A DNA stretch of 63,308 bases, filler included. It is 4 parts of 4 records of this genome, joined end to end, with 100 filler letters (N's around TTAATTAATTAA, not from the genome) between each part and the next. Parts side by side here need not be neighbours in the genome. Positions count along the whole stretch, not along the records: positions 1 to 25,120 come from DRR723986_5295; 3 more parts are not named here. One strand, given 5' to 3'. Below are positions 1 through 9,609 of this stretch, one piece after another. A program made the translations under genes and the position numbers. The notes below the pieces were generated by a model. The model was not told the origin of the DNA. It saw nothing but the letters and a program-made list of their open reading frames with translations, and did not search any database. Within the stretch, counting starts at the first letter, position 1, and every line of letters starts with the position of its first letter.

Positions 1-583
1 CCTGGTCGTGGGTGACGTAGATCATGGTCGCGTCAAGTTCCGTGTGCAGCTTGGCAAGTTCAACACGCATTTCCGCTCGTAGTGCCGCATCCAGATTGGA
101 CAGGGGTTCGTCGAACAGGAAAACGGAAGGCTCGCGCACGATGGCCCTGCCGATGGCGACGCGCTGGCGTTGCCCGCCGGAGAGCTCGCCCGGTTTGTGC
201 TGCAGTCTTTCCTTCAGTTGAAGAATGCCGGCAGCGGCTTGAACCTTCTCCTCCACCTTGTCCTTGGAAAGGCGTTCGACGCGCAAGGGGAAGGCGATGT
301 TCTCGTAGACAGACATATGCGGATAGAGCGCATACGACTGAAATACCATGGCGATGCCGCGTTTGACCGGCGGCAGATCGTTGACGACCTTGTTCTCGAT
401 CGTGATATCGCCGCCCGTGATTTCCTCCAACCCTGCAATCATGCGCAGCAAGGTCGATTTTCCGCATCCGGACGGACCGACAAAAACAATGAATTCGCCA
501 TGGTCCACATCAAGATTGACACCCTTGATGACTTCCATATGGCCATAGCTTTTGCGTACGTCGCGCAGCTGCAACTCGCCCAT
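1..583 (-). CDS. Sugar ABC transporter ATP-binding protein (MalK/UgpC type), 3' end runs off the window
   Basis: Not in the ORF track. Manual translation from ATG 583: [14 protein letters not shown]...[11 protein letters not shown] (Walker A)...[12 protein letters not shown]...[14 protein letters not shown] (signature)...[11 protein letters not shown] (Walker B)...IYVTHDQ. Confidence 0.95.
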   Translation of the reverse strand, partial: MGELQLRDVRKSYGHMEVIKGVNLDVDHGEFIVFVGPSGCGKSTLLRMIAGLEEITGGDITIENKVVNDLPPVKRGIAMVFQSYALYPHMSVYENIAFPLRVERLSKDKVEEKVQAAAGILQLKERLQHKPGELSGGQRQRVAIGRAIVREPSVFLFDEPLSNLDAALRAEMRVELAKLHTELDATMIYVTHDQ

Positions 584-608
584 GGTCATTCCTTTTTTGA
601 AGAGGTGA

Positions 609-640
609 CCGGGCCCCCGATAGTGGGAGAGGGGGCCCGG
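609..640. other. GC-rich intergenic hairpin between the binding-protein and ATPase genes (probable mRNA-stabilising stem)
   Basis: CCGGGCCCCC (609-618) pairs with GGGGGCCCGG (631-640); such stems are common after SBP genes in ABC operons. Confidence 0.55.
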
Positions 641-655
641 ACAGTGCTCAAGGTG

Positions 656-1867
656 TTACTTGAATTCCTCAAGCTGTTCCGCGGCGATTTCGACGGCTTC
701 AGCCGGATCGACTTCACCAAGGACAACACCCTGAACGGCTTCGTTGATCGAATCCTGAAGGCCGACGTAATCGGTGACGAACGGCTCCGGACCACCGGTC
801 GGGATCGCATCGAGGAAAGCAGACCAGGTCGGGTCCTTCTCAACCAGCGCACGCACTTCCGGCAGATCGCGCAGCGGCGTGAACCCTTCAGCCAATTCGA
901 AGGCCATCTGGTTTTCGGGGTTGGTCAGAAGCTTTGCGAGCGAAAGCGCCTGCTCTTCAACGCCGGACCCCTTGAATACGGCCAGCGAGTCGGTGATCAG
1001 CAAAGTGCCCGGAGTGCCGGACGGACCTACCGGGATCGGTGCGACACCCCAGTTCACGTCGGTCACGCGGGTGCGCTCCCACGGACCGGAGATGAACATG
1101 CCGATTTTGCCTTCGGAGAACAGCGGACGCAGCTTCGCGCGGTCATAGGCGATCGGGCCCGGCTGCGAGACTTCGGCCATCTTGCCGTAGAAGGCGAGGG
1201 CTTCAACGTTGTTCGGGGAATTGAAGACGATTTCGCCGTCTTCGTTGATGACCTGACCACCGTTCGTATAAACGTAGTTCATGAACTGGTGCATGGTGTT
1301 GTCGAAGGACGCGGCCGCGAGACCGAAACCGTCAGAGTCGGTCTTTTCCTTGATAGCCTTGGCGAAATCGTACATTTCGTCCCAGGTCTTCGGCGGCGTA
1401 TCCGGATCCAGGCCTGCAGCCTCGTAGAGATCCTTGTTCCAGTAGAGTGCCTTGGTGGAGAAGGCGCGCGGCAGGCCCCACTGCTGACCGTTGGCAGTGA
1501 TCGTTGCCAGGATCGGGGCCGCGTAGGTGGACTTTTCTTCTTCTGTCATGTTGACCGGAATGATCAGGTCATTGGCTGCGAGCTGCTTCAGCGTGCGCGA
1601 GCCCATGTAGGCAACGGCTGGCGGGTTCCCGGCGGACGCGAGCGTCGTGGATTTTTCCTGGCACTGGCCCCAGGGAACGAACTCGAGCTGGACCTTGTAG
1701 CCCGGATTTTCGCCTTCCCAACCCTTGATCAACTCATCCTGCAGCGGAATTCCGGCGCCGGTGTTGTCGCCGCAGTTGATCATGTGAATGACCTTGTCTT
1801 CTGCCTGGGAGGCTCCGACGAGAGAGAGCGCGAAGACCCCTCCCAGTAGCACTGATTTAAGTGTCAT
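656..1867 (-). CDS. Sugar ABC transporter substrate-binding protein (CUT1 family)
   Basis: 403 aa, N-terminal signal peptide (MTLKSVLLGGVFALSLVGASQA), WGLP...ALYWNKDLYEAAGLDP...PPKTWDE typical of family 1 SBPs; lies among ABC genes. Confidence 0.92.
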   Translation of the reverse strand: MTLKSVLLGGVFALSLVGASQAEDKVIHMINCGDNTGAGIPLQDELIKGWEGENPGYKVQLEFVPWGQCQEKSTTLASAGNPPAVAYMGSRTLKQLAANDLIIPVNMTEEEKSTYAAPILATITANGQQWGLPRAFSTKALYWNKDLYEAAGLDPDTPPKTWDEMYDFAKAIKEKTDSDGFGLAAASFDNTMHQFMNYVYTNGGQVINEDGEIVFNSPNNVEALAFYGKMAEVSQPGPIAYDRAKLRPLFSEGKIGMFISGPWERTRVTDVNWGVAPIPVGPSGTPGTLLITDSLAVFKGSGVEEQALSLAKLLTNPENQMAFELAEGFTPLRDLPEVRALVEKDPTWSAFLDAIPTGGPEPFVTDYVGLQDSINEAVQGVVLGEVDPAEAVEIAAEQLEEFK

Positions 1868-1902
1868 CTGTTTTCCCTTTTCTGGTTGGTTTCTTCTTTT
1901 TG

Positions 1903-2745
1903 TTATTCTTTGACGGCGCCTGCCGTGAGACCGGCGACGATGAAACGTTGCAGGAACACATAGACGAACAGCACGGGGAGGATGCCCACGAGGCTGGCGG
2001 CCATGAGTTCGTTCCAGACCACGGTCTGGCGTCCGAAGAACTGGAACAGCCCCACTGGAAGCGGGTTCAGTTCATTCACGGAGTTGAAGGTCAGCGCATA
2101 GATGAATTGCTGCGCGTAAGCGGTGATGAAAGCGGTAATCGTGACCACCACGATGCCCGGCAACGCCACGGGAATGATCACGCGCCAGAGCGTGTAGATC
2201 TTGCCGGCGCCATCCACCCAGGCTGCTTCCTCAAGCTCCTTGGGGATCCGGATCAGATAGGAGCGCAGAAGCCAGATACCGGTCGGAATGACGAAGGCCG
2301 TTCCTGGCGCAATCATCGCGAAATAGGTGTTCAGCAGCCCGTATTGCTGCATCAGCTTGAACAGCGGAATGATCAGCACCGCACCGGAGAACATGTTTAC
2401 CGCTATGAAGATGCCGAGCAGAGAGTTTCGTGCTGGAAACTCGAACCGGGCGAAGGCATAGGCAGCCGGGATGATGCAGAACAGGCCGAGGACCGTCACC
2501 ACCGTGGCGATGAAGAACGAGTTGAGCATGTAGACCCACAACAGCGGCACGTTCTGCCACATGGTTATGTAGGCATCGAAGCTCATCTTGTCGGTGATGA
2601 ACTTGTAGGGGATCGAGAACAGGCTGCTGAGCGGCCTCAGCGACACCACGAAGGCTTCGACGAAAGGAGCCAGGACGAAGGTCAGAAACACCGCGAGACC
2701 GAGATAGATCAGCACATATTCGTACCAGCGATACTTATGCAGCAT
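1903..2745 (-). CDS. Carbohydrate ABC transporter permease (MalG type)
   Basis: Multiple TM segments, EAA loop IPKELEEAAWVDGA, C-terminus FIVAGLTAGAVKE; start placed at ATG 2745 after an AAAGGAG RBS. Confidence 0.93.
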   Translation of the reverse strand: MLHKYRWYEYVLIYLGLAVFLTFVLAPFVEAFVVSLRPLSSLFSIPYKFITDKMSFDAYITMWQNVPLLWVYMLNSFFIATVVTVLGLFCIIPAAYAFARFEFPARNSLLGIFIAVNMFSGAVLIIPLFKLMQQYGLLNTYFAMIAPGTAFVIPTGIWLLRSYLIRIPKELEEAAWVDGAGKIYTLWRVIIPVALPGIVVVTITAFITAYAQQFIYALTFNSVNELNPLPVGLFQFFGRQTVVWNELMAASLVGILPVLFVYVFLQRFIVAGLTAGAVKE

Positions 2746-3631
2746 TGTGCGGGCTCCTTTTGGCAAGGCGCGACAGCAGCATGAAATAGACCAGCATGAA
2801 CGAGCCCAGGAACACCACGATCATCACCGTTCTGGCGGCGCCTTCGCCGTATTTGAAGCGGCTGATCGCGGTCTTGTAGGTGTCGATGATCATCGTGGTG
2901 GTTGCGCCGCGCGGACCGCCTTCTGTCAGAATCCAGATGATGTCGAAGGAGTTGAAGGTCGCGATGGCCGACAGAAGCGCCATCGTCGCGATCGAGGGAA
3001 TGATCAGTGGCAAGGTAATGCGGCGGAACCTGTAGAGCCGAGAGGCCCCGTCCACCCAGGCCGCTTCATAAAGGTCCTTCGAAATGGACTGCATGGCGGC
3101 CAGCAGATAAAGCGTCACCATTGGAACACCGATCCACACGTCCGTCACGATGGTCGACATGAAGGCGGAGTTCTTGTAGGCGAGGAATTCGAACGGCCCG
3201 CTCAGAATGCCAAGTCGTTGGGCCATTCCGGAAATCATTCCGAACTGACCGTTGTACATCCATCCCCAGATGAAGACGCCAATGGCAATCGGGATCACCC
3301 ACGGCGGCATGACCAGCACGCGAAACAGGGTGCGACCCGGCACCATCGCGTTGAGAAGCACGGCTCCCAGGGTTCCGATCAGCATTTTCAGCGCTACAGA
3401 GAGAGCCATCCAGTAGAAGGTGCGCGCAATCACTTCCGGAAAGCGGCGCGACATGAGCTTCTCGTAGTTTTCCAGCCCTACGTATTCGTAGTTCGGGCTC
3501 ATGCTCGTGTTGGTGAAGGAAAGCCGGAATGTTTCAAAAAGCGGATAGGCGACGATAGCCAGCATGACGAGGGACGCCGGCACCAGAAGCAGATAAGGAA
3601 AATAGTCGGTCTTCTTTCGCGAGTGCGCCAT
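2735..3631 (-). CDS. Carbohydrate ABC transporter permease (MalF type)
   Basis: EAA loop ISKDLYEAAWVDGAS, FNSFDIIWILTEGGP, multiple TM segments. Confidence 0.93.
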   Translation of the reverse strand: MAHSRKKTDYFPYLLLVPASLVMLAIVAYPLFETFRLSFTNTSMSPNYEYVGLENYEKLMSRRFPEVIARTFYWMALSVALKMLIGTLGAVLLNAMVPGRTLFRVLVMPPWVIPIAIGVFIWGWMYNGQFGMISGMAQRLGILSGPFEFLAYKNSAFMSTIVTDVWIGVPMVTLYLLAAMQSISKDLYEAAWVDGASRLYRFRRITLPLIIPSIATMALLSAIATFNSFDIIWILTEGGPRGATTTMIIDTYKTAISRFKYGEGAARTVMIVVFLGSFMLVYFMLLSRLAKRSPHNAA

Positions 3632-3639
3632 GGTGCCCC

Positions 3640-4809
3640 CTATGCCACGCCGTAGCTGTCGAATTGCTGCCAGGTTTCGGCAAGGTCGATGACGCTGCGC
3701 GTCCGGCGCGCTTCGTCCAGCTTGATCGCCGTCAGACCGGCCTCAAGCGCATCCAGAACACTGACCGGCAGATGTCCGCCGTTACGGAAGTAATGGTCGA
3801 GATCACGCGCCATGGCTTCATCGGCGCCATAGTGGCCGTGCCGGCTGGCATCGACGACCTGCGGCTTGTCGATCAGGCAGGCGGATGTCAGGGCGTCATG
3901 CACCCGGTAGTAATTCCGAATGAAGTCTCCTTCCGCCATGCCCTTGGTCCCCATGACGGCAAAGCGCCGGAATTCGTCCGGTACATACATGTTGGTGTGA
4001 AAACAGAGGTTCGCGCCGTCTTCGTATTCGATCAGCGCTGTCTGGTAGTCGATGATGTCGCCATCACTGTCGAAGTCGGCGTTGCCCCCACCCCAGCGTG
4101 GTGTGAACGGATCGACCCTGCCTTCGATTTTCGGTGTCGGAAAGGTATGGTCCTGATCCGGCCGGTTCTCCGGAACAAAGCTCTTGCGTCCGCCGAAGCT
4201 GGAAACGAAACGTGGCCGACAACCTGTGACACCCTGGTAGAGATCCAGATCGTGGCAGCACTTTTCCAGCATGAAGCCGCCGGAATTCCGGTCATAGCGG
4301 CGCCAGTCGCGCATGAAGAAGGACCCGTGGTAGGGACCGATATGCTCGGACGCCTCAATCGAGACCACTTTGCCGATCTGGCCGGACTTGAGACTTTTCT
4401 GAAGTTCGGTGTAGAGCGGCGAATATCGCAGCACCAGTCCGACAAGGACACGTTTCGATCCACCGTGTTCCTTCATCAGAGACAGGAGTTCGAAGGTTTC
4501 CTCTTCGCTGACGACTACCGGCTTTTCACAGAAGATGTAGCGTACATCGGATTTGAGCGCGGTTCGCAGATGATCGAGGTGCATGAAATTGGGGGACCCG
4601 ATCATCAGGAGGTCTAGCGTTTCCTTTCGGATCATCCTGTCGAGATCGGTGTAGGCGGTCAGGCTGTGGCCGCATTTGGCCTCGACATGCTTGAGGCCGG
4701 CGGGTGTCGGGTCGACGTAAGCGCAGGGATCAAGGTCTCCTGAAACCTCCTGCAGGCAGTTGCTGACATTGGCAATTCTCGCGCCCAGTCCGACATAGCC
4801 GGTCTTCAT
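3640..4809 (-). CDS. Gfo/Idh/MocA family NAD(P)-dependent oxidoreductase
   Basis: Rossmann start VGLGAR, FCEKPV motif, MLEKCCHDLD catalytic segment. Confidence 0.88.
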   Translation of the reverse strand: MKTGYVGLGARIANVSNCLQEVSGDLDPCAYVDPTPAGLKHVEAKCGHSLTAYTDLDRMIRKETLDLLMIGSPNFMHLDHLRTALKSDVRYIFCEKPVVVSEEETFELLSLMKEHGGSKRVLVGLVLRYSPLYTELQKSLKSGQIGKVVSIEASEHIGPYHGSFFMRDWRRYDRNSGGFMLEKCCHDLDLYQGVTGCRPRFVSSFGGRKSFVPENRPDQDHTFPTPKIEGRVDPFTPRWGGGNADFDSDGDIIDYQTALIEYEDGANLCFHTNMYVPDEFRRFAVMGTKGMAEGDFIRNYYRVHDALTSACLIDKPQVVDASRHGHYGADEAMARDLDHYFRNGGHLPVSVLDALEAGLTAIKLDEARRTRSVIDLAETWQQFDSYGVA

Positions 4810-5552
4810 GCTGCGGCCTCCGTAAATTGGTCCATGGCACGGCGAAGTGCCTGGACGACGTTTCCATCGGTGTCCTTGATGCCTGCCTCGGAAACGAAGC
4901 CGAGGCGCGTTTCCAGGTCCTGCGGCTCTGGCAAGGGTTTCACGGAAGAACAGGACGCATGCAGTTCCTGCACGCCGGATCGTTTGAGAATTTGGGAAGC
5001 ATTGGCGGCGGTGACACCCGATCCTGCCATGATGGAAATCCGCCCTGCAGCGACATTGACCGCCTGCTGAAGCAGTGAAAGGCCGTGTTCTGCTTTGCTG
5101 GCCTGTCCAGAGGTCAGCACGCGTTCGAAACCGAGCGTGATCGCGTCTTCAATCGCTTTTTCGTAGTCGCCTGCAGTGTCGATGGCCCGGTGCAAAGTTG
5201 CCGGCAGCCTGGTGCCGTTCAGGGATGCAGCCAGAAAGTCTCGATCGAGATTGTGCTGGCTGTCGACTGCCCCGATCACGATTCCCGCAAGACCTGCTTT
5301 TTCAGCCGCGTGGATGTCGCGCAGCATCAAGGCCTTTTCCAGGTCCGAGTACTCAAAATTACCGGATCGGGGGCGGATCATCGCGTAGACGGGAACCGGT
5401 AGTCTGGCCGCGGCCACCATGAACCCCTGTGAAGGGGTCAGACCACCTTCGGACAGAGCTGCGCATAATTCAATTCGGTCAGCGCCGTTTTCGGCTGCCG
5501 TCCAGGCGCCTTCGAGGGTGTCTACACATACCTCGAGGGGGATCCTGGTCAC
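4806..5552 (-). CDS. cutC: CutC-family TIM-barrel protein
   Basis: LEVCVD, GADRIELCAALSEGGLTPS, MIRPRSGNFEY, TLHRAID, RVLTSG, IMAGSGV are CutC hallmark segments. Confidence 0.92.
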   Translation of the reverse strand: MTRIPLEVCVDTLEGAWTAAENGADRIELCAALSEGGLTPSQGFMVAAARLPVPVYAMIRPRSGNFEYSDLEKALMLRDIHAAEKAGLAGIVIGAVDSQHNLDRDFLAASLNGTRLPATLHRAIDTAGDYEKAIEDAITLGFERVLTSGQASKAEHGLSLLQQAVNVAAGRISIMAGSGVTAANASQILKRSGVQELHASCSSVKPLPEPQDLETRLGFVSEAGIKDTDGNVVQALRRAMDQFTEAAA

Positions 5553-6460
5553 CGGGCCGCCTCCTTGATGAGCGTACGGGCCACGATGCCGGCACCATGC
5601 AGGCCGCCATTGGCGGCAAATTCGCCCTTGATGACGAGTGGCTCGCTATAGTCGGCAAGAACAAGGTCACGTGTCTTTCGATCGATCACGTCGAGAAGAA
5701 CAAGATCGTTCGAAAGGCCACCACTCACCGGTATGACATCCGGACCAAGTGTGTTGACGAAAGCGGAGAGCGCTCGCGAAAGCAGAGTGGTGAAGGCGTC
5801 GAGCGTTTGTGTGGCTGCTGCATCACCGGCATGCCAGGCGGCTGTAATATCCTTGCTTGCCTGATCCAGCCCATGCAGTGACCGGTGGATCTTCTCCATG
5901 CCACGGGCCGAGCAGATCGCGTCGATGCATCCTGTCTGGCCGCAGCCGCAGGGATAGTGCTCAATACCTTTCAACTGGCCGCCAGCTGTCGGGTCCATGA
6001 TGGGGCCGTGACCCCATTCACCCGCGATGCCGCCATAACCGGTAACAAGCGTGCCATTGACGACGAGCCCGCCACCGACACCAGACCCGAGAATAATACC
6101 GAAAACGACCGGCTTGCCCCGTCCGGTGCCGTCGACGGCTTCGGCAAGCGCAAAAGCATTTGCGTCATTTGTAATGGCGACAGGACGTTTGAGGGCGGTT
6201 TCCAGATCCGATTGCACGGGTCGTTTATGCAGGCAGGGGATGTTGGCCACATCCGCGATGCCGCTGCGGGTATCAAAGGCGCCTGCAAGCGAAATCGAGA
6301 TAGGAGATCCATCCGGCCCTGAGCAGTTGGCAATCGCGTCTACAAACGCCTGCCAGTCAGTTCCGGGTGTCGCTACCCGGCCTTTTTCCGCAACGGTTCC
6401 ATCCGCTTGGAGCTCTCCATGTCGGATGAAGGAGCCGCCAATATCAAAACAGGTGGTCAT
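5549..6460 (-). CDS. ROK-family sugar kinase (NagK-like)
   Basis: FDIGGS, NDANAFALAE, GSGVGGG, GEWGH, Zn motif CGCGQTGC. Confidence 0.9.
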   Translation of the reverse strand: MTTCFDIGGSFIRHGELQADGTVAEKGRVATPGTDWQAFVDAIANCSGPDGSPISISLAGAFDTRSGIADVANIPCLHKRPVQSDLETALKRPVAITNDANAFALAEAVDGTGRGKPVVFGIILGSGVGGGLVVNGTLVTGYGGIAGEWGHGPIMDPTAGGQLKGIEHYPCGCGQTGCIDAICSARGMEKIHRSLHGLDQASKDITAAWHAGDAAATQTLDAFTTLLSRALSAFVNTLGPDVIPVSGGLSNDLVLLDVIDRKTRDLVLADYSEPLVIKGEFAANGGLHGAGIVARTLIKEAAR

Positions 6461-6506
6461 CGCCTGTTCAAACGCCTCTGGGTTATATTTATTAACGTCC
6501 AGTTAT

Positions 6507-6561
6507 AATACCAATATGCAACCAATCGCATTGGTAGTAAACCAAAAAAAGAAATTGGCAT
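6507..6561. promoter_or_regulatory. Cluster of ATTGGT-like repeats in an AT-rich promoter; putative GntR (NagQ-type) operator
   Basis: AATACCAAT 6507-6515, ACCAAT 6521-6526, ATTGGTAG 6530-6537, ACCAAA 6541-6546, AATTGGCAT 6553-6561; same core upstream of the GntR gene. Confidence 0.55.
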
Positions 6562-6714
6562 CATTTTTTTAAGGAATTGGGCCGCTGACACCTGTCAAAA
6601 ACAACGGCTACATCGCGCAAGCTCAATAGTGCCGTGAGAAGGCCCAGCCTGCTGTTTGCGGACGAGACTGTGTTCGAAAGTGTGCCCGGTGTCTGTTGGA
6701 GGTGCGGGCACGTG

Positions 6715-7596
6715 TCAAAGGAAAGGACGCAAGTTTCCACTGTGTTCGTTGAGCGACATTTCGGCGCTTTCCGCGTCGAGGCCTTCTCGAATCATGAGAA
6801 CCGCAACCTTCACTCTACCTTGGGCCTGCTGGAGCTTTTCCGCTGCAGTTTCTGCCGTACAGCCCGTCAGATCCTGAAGGATGCGATAAGCGCGCTGGCG
6901 CAGTTTTTCATTGTCCGCAACCAGGTTGACCATGTGACCACGAACTGCGTGTCCAAGCCTCAGTGCCACCAATGTAGAGATCATGTTGAGTGCGGCTTTT
7001 TGGGCGCTTGCCGCCCCGAGACGTGTAGAGCCAGCGATGATTTCTGGAGGTGTTTTCAGGAAGATCGGAAAATCCGCCTGACGGAGGAGGGGAGTGTCAG
7101 GATTGTTTGCCAATGCAACGGTTTTTGTGCCTGCCGACTGTGCACCTCTGAACGTGCCAAGAGTATAAGGAGTTGATCCACTTGCAGAAACTGCAATCAG
7201 GATATCTCCTTCTCCAAGGCCTGATTTTTGAAAGTCAGCGAAGCCGGCTTCCTCGTCGTCCTCATATGTGCCGGCAAGGTGAAGCAGGTTTGCAGCCCCC
7301 CCGGCATAGAGCATGCGCATGCGCTCAACGGGAAAGCCGAACGTTCCCGGCAATTCCAGGCAATCCGCCAGGGCTGTCAGTCCGGCACTGCCGGCTCCGG
7401 CATAACCGATTTTTCCACCTGAAACAGTGACTGTCTGAAGTGCTTCGGCGGCTTTTGCGATCTCCGGAATGGCCGTTTCGGTGGCATTCAGCGCATCTTT
7501 CTGACGTTGCAGCAGCAGCGACAGGACGTCTTCATCAGACTTTTTGGACAGGCCAATGGAAATCGGATCGCGGTCTTCGGTCGTCGGCAAATTCAT
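6715..7596 (-). CDS. murQ: N-acetylmuramic acid 6-phosphate etherase-like SIS protein
   Basis: TTEDRDP N-terminus, YAGAGSAG...DCLELPGTFG, AVSASGSTPYT, PEIIAGSTRLGAASAQKAALNMIST, MVNLVADNEKLRQRA. Confidence 0.8.
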   Translation of the reverse strand: MNLPTTEDRDPISIGLSKKSDEDVLSLLLQRQKDALNATETAIPEIAKAAEALQTVTVSGGKIGYAGAGSAGLTALADCLELPGTFGFPVERMRMLYAGGAANLLHLAGTYEDDEEAGFADFQKSGLGEGDILIAVSASGSTPYTLGTFRGAQSAGTKTVALANNPDTPLLRQADFPIFLKTPPEIIAGSTRLGAASAQKAALNMISTLVALRLGHAVRGHMVNLVADNEKLRQRAYRILQDLTGCTAETAAEKLQQAQGRVKVAVLMIREGLDAESAEMSLNEHSGNLRPFL

Positions 7597-7753
7597 GGTT
7601 CAGGAACTCGGAGGCACGCCAAGTTTCGTATCGCGGAATTAAGTCTCTCAAGGCAATCACGCTCCGGGAACGTTTCCGTTGGGTGCTCCAGCGGTGGTGA
7701 TGCAGGTTCGGAAATTGTTTTAACACTTGATTTTCGGTTTCGATAGAGTTTAA

Positions 7754-7773
7754 ATTGGTATCTGAAAGGTATT
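7754..7773. promoter_or_regulatory. Tandem ATTGGTATC / AAAGGTATT sites in the divergent murQ-gntR promoter (putative operator)
   Basis: Two related 9-mers at 11-bp spacing, matching the motif at 6507-6561. Confidence 0.55.
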
Positions 7774-7801
7774 ATTTTCATCTCCTAAGGCGCCCCTTTT
7801 C

Positions 7802-8563
7802 ATGACAGACTTCATTTCCTTGCTGGAAAATGGTGACTGGTTGGCGAATTCCAGCGGTCCCCGATACCTGCAGCTGCGGCGGCGCATTCAGCAGGCTATT
7901 GACGACGGCGTGCTGAAGGAGAATGAGCCGCTTCCGTCTGAACGCGAGATTGCCTCCATTACGGATCTGTCCCGTGTGACGGTGCGCAAGGCAGTTGCCG
8001 GCCTTGTTGAGGATCAGGTCGTTGTCCAGAAGCGCGGCAGCGGATCCTTCGTTGCGCCCAAGGTGCACAAGGTTGAGCAGCGCCTTTCCAGCCTGACGTC
8101 CTTTTCCGAGGATATGGCACGCCGTGGTCTTTCCGCCAGCAGCGAGTGGCTGCGCCGCGGACTGTTTCCAGCTTCGCCCGAAGAAATGTTCACGCTCGGT
8201 CTCACGTCCGGTCAGCGCGTTGCCCGCGTCGACAGGCTTCGCAAGGCAGACGGCACCCCGATGGCAATCGAGCGTGCCTCCCTTTCCGAGAGTGTCCTGC
8301 CTCACCCGGAGCGGGTCACCACGTCTCTTTATGCCATCCTGCGCGCGGCCGGCTTGCAGCCTGTCCGCGCTATCCAGCGCATTTCAGCCCGCAATCTTGA
8401 GCCTATTGATGCCGATATTCTTGGTGTGCCGGCCGGGTCTGCCGGGCTGAAAATAGAACGTGTGTCCTACCTCGCCTCCGGAAATGTCGTCGAATTCACC
8501 CGTTCCGTTTACCGCGGCGATGCATATGACTTCATCGCCGAACTTCAGATTTCGGAAGACTAA
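7802..8563 (+). CDS. GntR/HutC-family transcriptional regulator with UTRA domain (NagQ-like)
   Basis: PRYLQL...LPSEREIA...SRVTVRKAV...GSGSFV winged HTH; C-terminal VEFTRSVYRGDAYDF. Confidence 0.93.
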   Translation: MTDFISLLENGDWLANSSGPRYLQLRRRIQQAIDDGVLKENEPLPSEREIASITDLSRVTVRKAVAGLVEDQVVVQKRGSGSFVAPKVHKVEQRLSSLTSFSEDMARRGLSASSEWLRRGLFPASPEEMFTLGLTSGQRVARVDRLRKADGTPMAIERASLSESVLPHPERVTTSLYAILRAAGLQPVRAIQRISARNLEPIDADILGVPAGSAGLKIERVSYLASGNVVEFTRSVYRGDAYDFIAELQISED

Positions 8564-8568
8564 TCCTG

Positions 8569-9609
8569 ATGATTGAAGCAAGTACCATGGCCACGCCGAC
8601 GCACATGCGCCGGGAAATCGAAGAAATCCCGGACGCTGCGCGTCGTCTGTTGGCCGATGGACACCCGTTGATCCGCGACATTGCAAGGAAGGCAGGCGCT
8701 CCGGTGTTCCTGGCAAGCGTCGCTCGCGGTTCTTCTGACCACGCCGCAACGTTTCTCAAGTATGCCTCGGAGATCTACCTTGGTCTTGCCATGGCCTCTC
8801 TCGGCCCATCCGTTTCCTCGGTTTATGGCGGCAAGGTCAAGCTGGGCCAGGCTCTTGTGATTGCAATTTCCCAATCCGGCGCCAGCCCGGACAGTCTCTC
8901 GGTTGTGGAAAGTGCAACCGAGCAGGGGGCATTCACGGTAGGGTTTACCAACACGTCGGGAAGTGAACTGGCAAAGCTTTCCAGCGCCGCCATCGATATC
9001 TGCGCAGGTCCTGAGCGTAGCGTCGCAGCAACCAAGACCTTCGTCAATTCCGTCTTGGCGGGCCTGCTGCTTTTGGCGGAAATCGGGGCAGACAAGGAAC
9101 TGCTCGACGCGTTGGCTACCTTGCCGGAGCATTTTGAAAAAGCAATCGACAAGGACTGGCGCGCGCTTGCCAAGCCGATCGAGCAGCGGGGGTCGCTTTA
9201 TGTCATTGGACGCGGACCTGGTCTGGCAATCGCAAATGAAGCTGCGCTGAAATTCAAGGAAACCTGCCAGATCCATGCGGAGGCCTATTCGTCCGCCGAG
9301 GTAATGCATGGTCCCGTCTCGATCGTCGAAAACGGATACCCGATCCTGGCACTTGGTGTGCGCGATGCAGCCGAAGAGGGGCTAGCCCAGGCTGCGGATC
9401 GCATGGTGGACCAGGGCGGAAGTGTTTTTGCAACGACCGACAAGGTGGAACGGGCGGAAAAGCTGGCGTTCCAGGCAACTGGGCATCCATTGACCGACGC
9501 CTTGGTGCAGATTGTTTCTTTCTACGCCTTCATCGAATGGTTTGCACGGCAGCGCGGTTTCAATCCGGACGTTCCCAAGCACCTGAAGAAAGTCACCCAG
9601 ACCGTATGA
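8569..9609 (+). CDS. Double-SIS glucosamine-6-phosphate deaminase (NagB-II type); alternative start 8587
   Basis: MRREIEEIP, ARGSSDHAA, ISQSGASPD, GPERSVAATKT, EAALKFKET, AEVMHGP, PKHLKKVTQT; no glutaminase domain; upstream of nagA. Confidence 0.88.
   Translation: MIEASTMATPTHMRREIEEIPDAARRLLADGHPLIRDIARKAGAPVFLASVARGSSDHAATFLKYASEIYLGLAMASLGPSVSSVYGGKVKLGQALVIAISQSGASPDSLSVVESATEQGAFTVGFTNTSGSELAKLSSAAIDICAGPERSVAATKTFVNSVLAGLLLLAEIGADKELLDALATLPEHFEKAIDKDWRALAKPIEQRGSLYVIGRGPGLAIANEAALKFKETCQIHAEAYSSAEVMHGPVSIVENGYPILALGVRDAAEEGLAQAADRMVDQGGSVFATTDKVERAEKLAFQATGHPLTDALVQIVSFYAFIEWFARQRGFNPDVPKHLKKVTQTV

Noticed and set aside
60..467. 135-aa minus-strand ORF in the track
   Set aside because: Wrong frame; the real gene is the ABC ATPase starting at 583.
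170..1849. 559-aa plus-strand ORF (also 1861-2784, 2747-3655, 3664-4617)
   Set aside because: Antisense shadows of clearly recognisable ABC and oxidoreductase genes; typical of high-GC codon bias; no motifs.
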